DNA of 64,000 nucleotides from a virus: IMG/VR virus record IMGVR_UViG_3300032164_000010, positions 2,861 to 66,860 of that record; one strand, 5' to 3'. Shown piece by piece: positions 56,101 to 62,509 of this stretch (position 1 is its first letter; each line of letters starts with the position of its first letter). The notes under the pieces were generated by a model. It saw only the letters and a program-made list of their open reading frames with translations, ran no database searches and was not told where the DNA came from. The position numbers and the translations under genes were made by a program.

Positions 56101-58055
56101 AAGGCGATGTGCCCATCCCGAGTGAAGTTACTGTCGGCGATGACCTGACCTTTCTTCACTTCGTCGCCCACAGCCACGGACGGCGTCGAGTGGATGAACG
56201 TCTTGGCGTCGTTCAACGGGAAGTTGTTGTAGAGCTGGATCTGGTGCTTCGTCCCCTCGGCATCTTGCAGGATGATGGCGTCGGGGTGGTTGTTCTCTTT
56301 GCTCTTCTGGATCTCAACGATCTTCCCGTCGACATGAGCCGTGTGACTCCACGCGATGCCGAAGATCTTCTCCCAGCTCTGCTTACCTCCAGACTTCACC
56401 TGCACCATCGGTGCTTCTCTGTTGGCCAGTCCCACTGCCTGGGTCATCTGGCGAGAAGCCACCATCGTACGGTTGCCTTGGTCATTCTGAAGGAAGGGGA
56501 TGAGATTGGTGGCCTCGTCATAGAGCTGGTGCGAATTGACCAGCAAGTAGCGAGCGTCTTTGAAGGGCCTCGGCACGATCTCGTGCGTCTTGGGGTCCTT
56601 CATCTTCACCAGACCAGCAATGGGCTTCGGCTTGCCTGACTCGTTCCACTCCACCTGGTCTGGTAGAAGAGTGAGGTTCGAGTGCATCTCCGCCGGGCCA
56701 ATCCACTTCAGCTTGTGCTCATGGAGGTCGTAGACGATGGCCTTGGCTTCGTTGCCTTCCTTCTTCACTCCCAGAGGCAGGTGCAGTGAGATGCCGGTCT
56801 TCTCCGACTCCGGTGTGTGCACCGGGTCAAGGAACCCAAGATGGCTCGGGTTGATGAGCTTCATGGAGGTGGTGACAGACTTCTCGTTCTTGATACCGCC
56901 CTCGTCGCCGCCGATGATGGTGGTAGCCCGATGGTTGGCCATCATCTCTAGCGGGTTCACCTGTTCCGGGTTCTTCGACAGCGACGACTTCGTGAAGGTG
57001 CTACGAAGCGGGACATCGAAGTACTCGCTGGCGAAGATCTCTCGGATCTTCTGCTGGCGGTCGAGGTTGTTGTGGATCTTGGCCTGGACGGTCTTCTTCG
57101 TTGCCGGGTGCGTTAGCCTCTCGTGTACGAAGTCGTCGATGGAGTGCAGCCCCTTGAAGACCAGAGAATCTCGGTCTTCCGGAGCTTCCTCACCACGAGC
57201 CACGTTCAGGATCTTCTGCGACGCCAGTAGGAGGGACTCACCAGTCACCCGGTCGAAGGACTTGCCCAGGGCTGCCTTGGTGGTATCGGGCAGCAGCCGA
57301 GTCTTGTCGAACTCCTTGACGATGGCCCCTGCTACGTCATCGAAGCTGGTACTGGCAGCTCGCACACCACGCTTCGCCAGACGACGGTCGTAGAAGTCGA
57401 GGATGTTCTTCTCGACCTTGTCGTGCGCGTTAGCCTGATAGATGTCCTTGCCCCACGCCTTCTTCATCTCCTCATCGGAGACGCCCATGATCTTGAGGAC
57501 AGAGTAGAGCGGCAGCTTGGTGGTGGCACCGTACTTGAACTGGAAGAGCTTGCGCTCAGGGTCGAAGGGGACGTAGACACGGTTCTCTCGGACAAAGGGC
57601 TTGGCCAGGTTGAACTCTGCCTGAAGCTGACCGTTCTGCCGGATTTGTGCATAGATCCCGGACCGCAGCCGCCACAGGTTGTCTACCTGCCATTCCGAGC
57701 CATCGAGGATGTAACTGTACCTGTTCGTCGGCCTGGGCAGGGTGAGCAGCCGAATCTTGGTGCGGTCGACCTCTTTTCCAGTCTCCTTGTCGATGAGACT
57801 GACGTCACCGTACAGAGGAGCTCCCCAGGTGCGCTTGAGATTCTTCGCTTCCTCCTGTGACCGGATGTCTCCGCTCGGAGCTTTCTCCTCAGCGTAGGAG
57901 AGTCCGTTCAGGACTAGCCTCCGCTTGTTGCTCTCGACCGGAAAGTGCTCCTGCACTGCATCTGCGGTGCGGTCTTTGAGGATCTGCCACTGCTGTTCGA
58001 CGGGATTCGATGTAGCCACCTGGGCGCTCCTCACAGGGGAAGCTGGGGAAACCAT
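50172..58055 (-). CDS. rpoBC: fused RNA polymerase beta-beta' (single polypeptide) containing an intein
   Basis: beta motifs TPES, LIPFL..D, GYNFDD, GDKIAGRHGNK, NPSGVPTRINLGQ, YILKLKH; beta' motifs GLFDPKI, PVLPPVFRP, RDPVLH, NADFDGD, HGARMG, CSHGVGVCAKC, GEPATQL..FHQGG; one reading frame. Confidence 0.95.
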   Translation of the reverse strand: MVSPASPVRSAQVATSNPVEQQWQILKDRTADAVQEHFPVESNKRRLVLNGLSYAEEKAPSGDIRSQEEAKNLKRTWGAPLYGDVSLIDKETGKEVDRTKIRLLTLPRPTNRYSYILDGSEWQVDNLWRLRSGIYAQIRQNGQLQAEFNLAKPFVRENRVYVPFDPERKLFQFKYGATTKLPLYSVLKIMGVSDEEMKKAWGKDIYQANAHDKVEKNILDFYDRRLAKRGVRAASTSFDDVAGAIVKEFDKTRLLPDTTKAALGKSFDRVTGESLLLASQKILNVARGEEAPEDRDSLVFKGLHSIDDFVHERLTHPATKKTVQAKIHNNLDRQQKIREIFASEYFDVPLRSTFTKSSLSKNPEQVNPLEMMANHRATTIIGGDEGGIKNEKSVTTSMKLINPSHLGFLDPVHTPESEKTGISLHLPLGVKKEGNEAKAIVYDLHEHKLKWIGPAEMHSNLTLLPDQVEWNESGKPKPIAGLVKMKDPKTHEIVPRPFKDARYLLVNSHQLYDEATNLIPFLQNDQGNRTMVASRQMTQAVGLANREAPMVQVKSGGKQSWEKIFGIAWSHTAHVDGKIVEIQKSKENNHPDAIILQDAEGTKHQIQLYNNFPLNDAKTFIHSTPSVAVGDEVKKGQVIADSNFTRDGHIALGTNLRVGYLPYQGYNFDDGIVISASASKKLTSEHLHRHSIDINPDKGDRLSLSAYRAYVAGTSRKFTREQAEKLGPDGIIQIGQKVAPGDVLIAAVGKNEMSGDVYKMVTRLGKHQFAVRDKSVTWDSEHSGEVVKVTKSPTGRGATVYVKTNEPAEVGDKIAGRHGNKAIITRILPDAEMPRVGSAEGRHLEVLMNPSGVPTRINLGQMLETASSKIAEKTGKPYLTQNFGGAHVDYAEKVRKELKDHGLSDTDVVYDPTTKQPLGEVLTGSQYILKLKHQVEKKLAVRSYNQGYTIDQAPRGTGAEHPGQAIGQLEFYTLLAHGARENLREMATYKSDRNLDEKMDPQAHLNFWHRVMTGQPLPTPKSTFAYKKFEALLNGLGVNVHKQGHELVLQPLTDKGVLAMSNGEIPDPGRILRGKDAKELEKGLFDPKITGGLPTDVGKGLMWSHITLAEPMPNPVFVGTKQIPGPAVILSGLKYDAFEEIAKGKAYIEGKTGGRAIENILKNIDVKAELEKTRTAMSTARGTSLDHLNRKAKYLLALDNLKLKPHEAYIVNHIPVLPPVFRPVTVMQDGSLKFDDLNGLYRSVGLINDKLKNPVKELPDGENQHLREQLYDVLKATAGLGGRPVYESNRKLKGIIDVIHGEQPKFGYFQRRLIKRRQDLSMRSTIIPEPAMGLDEVGIPRNAAMELYKPFVVREMHMRGIPPAQAMTEIKADSQMAQDALKRAMEDRPVLVKRDPVLHKFGIMAFKPRLVEGKAIQIHPLVTGGYNADFDGDSCLGALLTCTLEPPVQDSRQEADMPHSGDIISYRVLEIRDFPRLPESAVTKPSGVVEYDVPPNVYVPAYHDGKIQIRPVTKFSIHPDCEEWGVKSRNGREIVCSSDHSLALLDPETLTVIKTPPRDSLGRCFPVMRSLEEPGLYTHSHGHPVEARRVRQMVDEVSLTQDTGWFLGAIIGDGWVSDDRQLCLASGKDSSVRDRWTQLAITLSDGASVYTRSTPHEFEGKPCESFKTTLSSAALSRWVQPQIGNGAHNKHLPERFLEMPTEFRQGLFAGLLDTDGTVNWNGRGQFQCSYTTVSERLSGEVMLLSMSLGLVCNRTETENREKPVYIVSFSIRPMQEAGWLQLTTPHKQKALDELRGGREIENGRNDFVPLTDQARDELLEQLRCLGASVRPPARNPEAFSLYTVLNRREPTVTRITVFKLYEIILRAAQQTIALRHAGQDASDRPVPLSEYMTRWFSLALDSSVGWDVIEEAAATGRKVEMYDLTVPEAWTFTMANGAVVWDTMSAFLPLTEGARRESFRMFPSNNLFSSTHGGIMYSPDQESLIGLHLLSKWGKDSKKSFDNFDEALKAKEKNQLHVTDVVTIAGKKTTVGRLLIAQHMPDYMKQDKRFSDLLQNPKFELVKSDGTDPNRLGLRNLLGDFAHKDPKTFPTTVDNLKNLGNHYAYELGFSFGLKDLDVQKKVRDGILHKHDAEALKVTESKIPLEDKDRKLVDIYTRATDEMTKALKPHYRETGNKIFQMVDSQSRGNWDQFRQMNIAPMLVKDATGRTLSLPVRRSYSEGLDIGDYWTSMHGARMGTIQKVEGTSEPGRLSKEIANVLISNLIASKDCGTNAGIAMNVSEEDVHDRFLAAPVKVNGRMVAEAGSLVTPEMTALFKKHKVDRVVVRSPLKCSHGVGVCAKCFGLNENGHLHEVGTNIGVISGQALGEPATQLAMNSFHQGGVASSRGGQAADKFTRLKQLLEVPQVLPNSATLARASGKVDRVERDKATNGWNIYVNGERHFAPAQRTPMIDDKPLHAGMDVRRGQSLTDGYVNPRHLLDLTDIHTVQNYLTNELHQKVYKDERVRRRNIETVVRGLTNLTEINDPGSSHHMPGDVALRTVVEEHNRNLGPHDEPILHKPFIRAAQQVALDQHEDWMARLNFQRLRQTLLEGSAKGWKSDLHGPNPIPSYAHGAEFGKGTKEHPEYY
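52230..53756 (-). mobile_element. intein with LAGLIDADG homing endonuclease (509 aa)
   Basis: Splits NADFDGD|TMSAFLP; block B CSSDHSL; GAIIGDG and AGLLDTDG; block F/G MYDLTVPEAWTFTMANGAVVWD. Confidence 0.9.
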
Positions 58056-58113
58056 TGTCCAGCGGCCCTACGCTCAAGCGCTCGAACGGTCTCGGGGCTG
58101 TCTGGACAGGACA

Positions 58114-58143
58114 AGGGTAGTGGACGACAGTCAAAGTCGTCAA
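58114..58143 (-). promoter_or_regulatory. sigma70-like promoter upstream of the RNAP gene
   Basis: TTGACG-18 nt-TACCCT. Confidence 0.5.
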
Positions 58144-58214
58144 CAATTCCCTGTGCTATCGGTGATAAGAGCTTGCCGGAGGCCACTTTGCCCTTCGAGA
58201 AGGAGCATGTCCCG

Positions 58215-58409
58215 ATGACCCGATGGCTTCGAAGCAACAACAACGTGGACAGCAGTAAGCCGGTAGTGGAAGAGCCCCGGGAGCAGACGAAGAGGCAGCA
58301 GTATAGTGACCCCGACCCTATCCGCGATCTCAACGATGCGGTACAGGGTGGGCTCATAGACATCATGACCCCGAGTGGAGACAGTCAAGGAGGCTTCGGA
58401 GACTCATGA
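58215..58409 (+). CDS. small hypothetical protein
   Basis: AAGGAG RBS; after GATAAG 58164. Confidence 0.55.
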   Translation: MTRWLRSNNNVDSSKPVVEEPREQTKRQQYSDPDPIRDLNDAVQGGLIDIMTPSGDSQGGFGDS

Positions 58410-58513
58410 ACCTTTTTCTAGTAGCGGCGTTGTTCGCCTTCGTCGCTAGGGTCGTTCAAGTACTCTACACGAACTACTGGTCTCACCTGTACGGGTGACC
58501 AAGAAGGTGAGCC

Positions 58514-58930
58514 ATGGAAGGGGAGGGCGTCAAACAGGCATACTGCATCGTGTTGTTCGTCAGCAATGGTGGGAGAGTCACCCCCAAAGGTGAACCCATC
58601 ATGGGTCCTGATGACAGGCCAGAGTGCGTGGACGGTAGGTGGTACCCAGCCAGGAGTCTCTGCACAAAGGCATACGACTGCCACGAGTGCGAGCTCCTAC
58701 AGCACACACTGGTTCACTACTACAAGCCCGAGGACATGGCTTGGGTGTGTACCCAGTGTGAAGACGAGCTGATGAAGAGCTCCAAAGAACGCGGAATCTG
58801 GTTTGTCCGTCCTGGCTACTACGGTGAAGGCTACTGCCAGAACCCGAAGTGCTGGAGGCTGCTAGAGCACGGAGAACCCCGCTACTCCATTCTCCGTACT
58901 CTCTTCGTCGGACCCATCCTCAGCCAGTAG
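58514..58930 (+). CDS. Cys-rich hypothetical protein
   Basis: Several CxxC pairs; AAGG upstream. Confidence 0.65.
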   Translation: MEGEGVKQAYCIVLFVSNGGRVTPKGEPIMGPDDRPECVDGRWYPARSLCTKAYDCHECELLQHTLVHYYKPEDMAWVCTQCEDELMKSSKERGIWFVRPGYYGEGYCQNPKCWRLLEHGEPRYSILRTLFVGPILSQ

Positions 58931-58941
58931 GAGAGAACAAC

Positions 58942-59491
58942 ATGATCTGTAGTGCCTGTGGCGTCCCGCCGAGCGTGGAGAGCGCCGGCGTGTGGGTCAT
59001 TCCTGTCTTCGTGAGTCGAGGTCCCAAATCCGGTCAGCCGGTACCGTACGAGGACTGCTTCCCAGACGGACAAGAACGCAAGTTCGTCTGCTGGGAATGC
59101 ATCCTCTCACACCTGCCCGAGCTGGCGGAGTCCCTCGGCCTATTCGGAGTTGGATACGATGCCCCTGATATGTCGAGCGTGCAAGAGACCAATACTGGGT
59201 CCAGCTATCCTTGTCCCCCAAGTGGTTGACGTCAGCGAGGACGCGAACGGCCAAGTTCTTGTCCATCCACGAGCTGCCGAACCACAAGAGCTGGTGCACT
59301 ACCACTGCGGATCCATCTTCTTCTGCGAGATCAACCCCACGGTGATGGAATCTCTCCGGAACGATGTCCGGCTAGAGGAACACGATGCCGTGCGGGAGGA
59401 GCTTGAAGAAGAGATGTACGAGACGGGCCAGGTGGATCAGTGCCCTGCTTGCGGGGAGTACGTCAAGTTCAACTTCAACCTGACCAGCTAA
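58942..59491 (+). CDS. Cys-rich protein(s): two overlapping ORFs 58942-59229 and 59150-59491, possibly one frameshifted gene
   Basis: ICSAC...CWEC then ICRAC...HYHC...CPAC in the +1 frame. Confidence 0.5.
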
Positions 59492-59540
59492 GAAACAGGG
59501 AGGGCGGCTATCGAGGCCGTTCCTCCCTGTTTCGTTTAGC
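59487..59540. terminator. bidirectional hairpin with a TTAGC end motif on each strand
   Basis: GAAACAGGGAGGGCGGC...GCCGTTCCTCCCTGTTTC; + strand continues GTTTAGC, - strand continues TTAGC. Confidence 0.85.
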
Positions 59541-59698
59541 TAGTCCCCGTACCCGAGGTAGCGGGTCTTCTTCGGAGCGTCCTCCGGGTCGATCCTCTCC
59601 TTCTGCCTACGCAGCCTGTGCACCCGCCTCTTCTCGAACTGCTTGGCCGCACACGACTGCCAGTGCCTGCACAACTTCTGCGGTCTGCCGTAGCTCAT
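59540..59698 (-). CDS. small Arg-rich protein
   Basis: GGAGG RBS; MSYGRPQK...RYLGYGD. Confidence 0.55.
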   Translation of the reverse strand: MSYGRPQKLCRHWQSCAAKQFEKRRVHRLRRQKERIDPEDAPKKTRYLGYGD

Positions 59699-59761
59699 GG
59701 TCACCTCCGCGCTGGTTAGCGACGAATTGGCATGAGCCACCTCCTTTCCTTTGCCGGTTCA

Positions 59762-62446
59762 TCATGAGCAGCCAGTTGTGGTTCCACACGCCACACAGAC
59801 GTAGCACGAGCCCGACCTCTTCGTCAGGTTACCGCACGAGACGCAGGGACCGCCGTCGTAGCTGAGTCCGACAGGCTTCTTCGGGTCGATGGGTGTGAGG
59901 TTCTCCTGCGGCTGGAGGAAGGTGAGCTCGAGCCAGCGGCTGATGTAGTCCCCGATCGACCATGTCATGCGGATGTTCTCATGGTCAGTCAGGCCATAAG
60001 GCTCGAAGCGGGTGTCCTTCATCTTGTCGATCATCGTCGGCAGTGGCACACCGTGTTGCAGCCCGATGGAGAAGGCTGTTGCCCACATGTCCGCGAAGCC
60101 ATTGAGCGTGGAACCCTGCTTGGCCATACGGACGAAAATCTCAGCGAGCGAGCCATCAGGGTACAGCCCAGTAGTGATGTAGCCCTCCTGCCCCTGGATG
60201 GTGAACTTGTGTGTCTCTCCTTTGCGCGTGTTGGGAAGACGCTTCCGCTCCCCCCACTTGAGCCTCTCCTTGCTGTTGGCAGTCTCCCCAGCCTGTAGGT
60301 TGGTGGGCTGAGAGAGCTTGCACCCATCACGGAAGACCGCGATGCACTTCACCCCCTTCTTCCAGGCACGCATGTAGAGCTTGTCGACATCTGCCAGAGA
60401 CGCATCTGCGGGGACATTGACGGTCTTGGAGATGCCGCCCGACAGGAAGGGCTGTATGGCCGCCATCATGTCGATGTGAGCCTCGGGGGTCAGGGCGTGT
60501 GTTCCCAGAGCCTCGGCGAAGATGGGGCCATGCTTCTCCTCGTCGAAGTCGGCGGCGGAGTGGATGTCTCCCGTCTGCCGCAGGTGCTCGAGAATGCGTG
60601 CGATGTTAGCCTGCTCGTAACCCAGGTTCTCTAGTGCCTGGGGGATGATGCGATTCGGTAGAGTGAGCAGACCTCCGCCCACGATCTTCTTGTAGGTGAC
60701 ACAGCCGAGCATGGGCTCTCCGCTTGTGGTGTCACACGCCATGAGGAACGAGATGGTGCCTGTGGGCGCCAGGAGGCTGACCTGAGCGTTCCGGTACCCG
60801 GAGCTCTCCCCCAGGTGGTACGCCTCAGCCCACAGCTCGAGCGCAGTCTTGATGATGGACCTCCGCTCCTGGTCGAAGCGGTAGTTGAAGCCTTCACTGG
60901 CGTTCCAGTGCCGGCGGATGACCCGTAGCATAGACTCCCGGTTCTTCTGGAACTCCGGGAAGGGGCCCAGCTTCCGTGCCAGCACAGCGGACTGTCGGTA
61001 GCTGGCAGCAGTCATGAGAGAAGCGATGGCTCCTCCGACCGCTCGCCCATGCTCTGAGTTGTAGGGGATACCCCAGAAGACCAGCAGCGAACCGAAGTTG
61101 GAGAAACCGATGCCCAGAGTTCGGAACTTGCGGCTGTTCTCCTTGATGAGCTCCGTGGGGTAGCTGGAAGCGTCGACGATGATCTCCTTCGCCGTGATCG
61201 CTATCTCGCAGGCATGGATGAATGCCTCTGTGTTGAACTTCGGTCCCTGTGCGAAGCGCATGAGGTTGAGGGACCCGAGGTTGCACGAAGTGTCATCGAG
61301 GAACAGGTACTCGGCGCAGGGGTTGCTGGCGTTGATGCGGCCGCTCTCTGGACAGGTGTGCCACCCGTTGATGGTGGAATCGAACTGAAGACCTGGGTCT
61401 CCACACAGGTGAGCCGACCGTACGACGGCATCGAAGATCTTGCGGGCCTGGTACGTCTTGAAGAGCTTGCGCTCCTTCACCGTGAAGGTGTCCCAGGTGA
61501 GGTCGTCCTCGACAGCTTTCATGAAGGAGTCGGGTGCCCTCATGCTGTTGTTGGCGTTCTGATACCCCACACGGTCGTAGACGTTCCCGGGCTTGTTCCA
61601 CTCCGCGGAGTAGCGACCTGACTCCCACAAGGCACGGGCTTGCTCTTCTGCGTCGGCCTTGCAGGTGATGAAGCCCGGCTTGCCACTGTACTGCTCTAGG
61701 ATGTCTGGGTGGTCTGCGTTGAGGATGCACATCTTCGCTGCCCTACGCGTGGTCCCACCAGACTTGGTGACTCCCGCGAAGGCATCGAGTCCCGCCATGA
61801 AAGAGACGGGTCCCGAAGAATAGCCGCCCCTGGAGAGGCGTTCGTGTGATGACCGCAGGTTGGAGAAATTGGTTCCAGAGCCAGAACCACCCTTGAAGAC
61901 CATGACCTCACGGGTGGCGAGGTCCATGATCGACGACATCGTGTCGGTGACAGACTGGATGAAGCAGGCCCCACACTGAGGCTGTGCTTCCTTGGACGCG
62001 CCCACGTTGAACCACACCGGAGAGTTGAAGGCGTACATGCCGTTGACGAACATGTAGATGAGCTCGTCCAAGAAGACACGAGCCTGCTCACCAGACTCGA
62101 GCACACCCTGCTCGATGCCTTGACGCGTGATCCAGTCAGCTACACGAGCGAACATCTGCTTCGCCGAGGTTTCCTTCACTCCGTTCACCACACGGAAGTA
62201 CTTCTCGGCCACCACGTTCACCGTGGTCTCCGGCCACCAGTTAGGGACTTCCACCCCGTCCATGCGGAAGACTTCCCTGCCGTCTCCCCCAACGATGACG
62301 GCATCCTTCTTGACCCACTCCACCGAGGACCACGGGTCCTTACCTTCGGCGGTGAACACCCGGTTGAAGGTAAGTTTCGTGTGGTCAACTGTTGTGGCTG
62401 GGGTAGCCTGGTCTACCCCAGCCAGTACATCATTCGTTGAGTTCAT
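59762..62446 (-). CDS. nrdJ: class II (B12-dependent) ribonucleotide reductase with TSCPD domain and C-terminal Zn ribbon
   Basis: FNSPVWFN, ACFI, GGTTRRAA, NPCAEY, CNLGSLN, APTGTIS, ISKTVN, FRDGCK; C-terminal CVSC...CVAC. Confidence 0.95.
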   Translation of the reverse strand: MNSTNDVLAGVDQATPATTVDHTKLTFNRVFTAEGKDPWSSVEWVKKDAVIVGGDGREVFRMDGVEVPNWWPETTVNVVAEKYFRVVNGVKETSAKQMFARVADWITRQGIEQGVLESGEQARVFLDELIYMFVNGMYAFNSPVWFNVGASKEAQPQCGACFIQSVTDTMSSIMDLATREVMVFKGGSGSGTNFSNLRSSHERLSRGGYSSGPVSFMAGLDAFAGVTKSGGTTRRAAKMCILNADHPDILEQYSGKPGFITCKADAEEQARALWESGRYSAEWNKPGNVYDRVGYQNANNSMRAPDSFMKAVEDDLTWDTFTVKERKLFKTYQARKIFDAVVRSAHLCGDPGLQFDSTINGWHTCPESGRINASNPCAEYLFLDDTSCNLGSLNLMRFAQGPKFNTEAFIHACEIAITAKEIIVDASSYPTELIKENSRKFRTLGIGFSNFGSLLVFWGIPYNSEHGRAVGGAIASLMTAASYRQSAVLARKLGPFPEFQKNRESMLRVIRRHWNASEGFNYRFDQERRSIIKTALELWAEAYHLGESSGYRNAQVSLLAPTGTISFLMACDTTSGEPMLGCVTYKKIVGGGLLTLPNRIIPQALENLGYEQANIARILEHLRQTGDIHSAADFDEEKHGPIFAEALGTHALTPEAHIDMMAAIQPFLSGGISKTVNVPADASLADVDKLYMRAWKKGVKCIAVFRDGCKLSQPTNLQAGETANSKERLKWGERKRLPNTRKGETHKFTIQGQEGYITTGLYPDGSLAEIFVRMAKQGSTLNGFADMWATAFSIGLQHGVPLPTMIDKMKDTRFEPYGLTDHENIRMTWSIGDYISRWLELTFLQPQENLTPIDPKKPVGLSYDGGPCVSCGNLTKRSGSCYVCVACGTTTGCS

Positions 62447-62501
62447 GCGACCTCCCCATAGAGAAGCGTGGCCGCGGTACTAACGGCCACCGCGTTCTCT
62501 G

Positions 62502-62509
62502 CTTATCGC
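62502..62509 (-). promoter_or_regulatory. GCGATAAG motif heading the RNR unit
   Basis: Same motif as the plus-strand non-structural units, here on the minus strand with the RNR; followed by a leader hairpin (62461-62499). Confidence 0.65.

Noticed and set aside
50172-58055. Bacterial chromosomal rpoBC locus
   Set aside because: Flanked by phage structural genes rather than ribosomal protein genes, and divergent/streamlined relative to cellular enzymes
59762-62446. Intein or intron in the RNR (or in the terminase)
   Set aside because: Motifs are contiguous and lengths are normal
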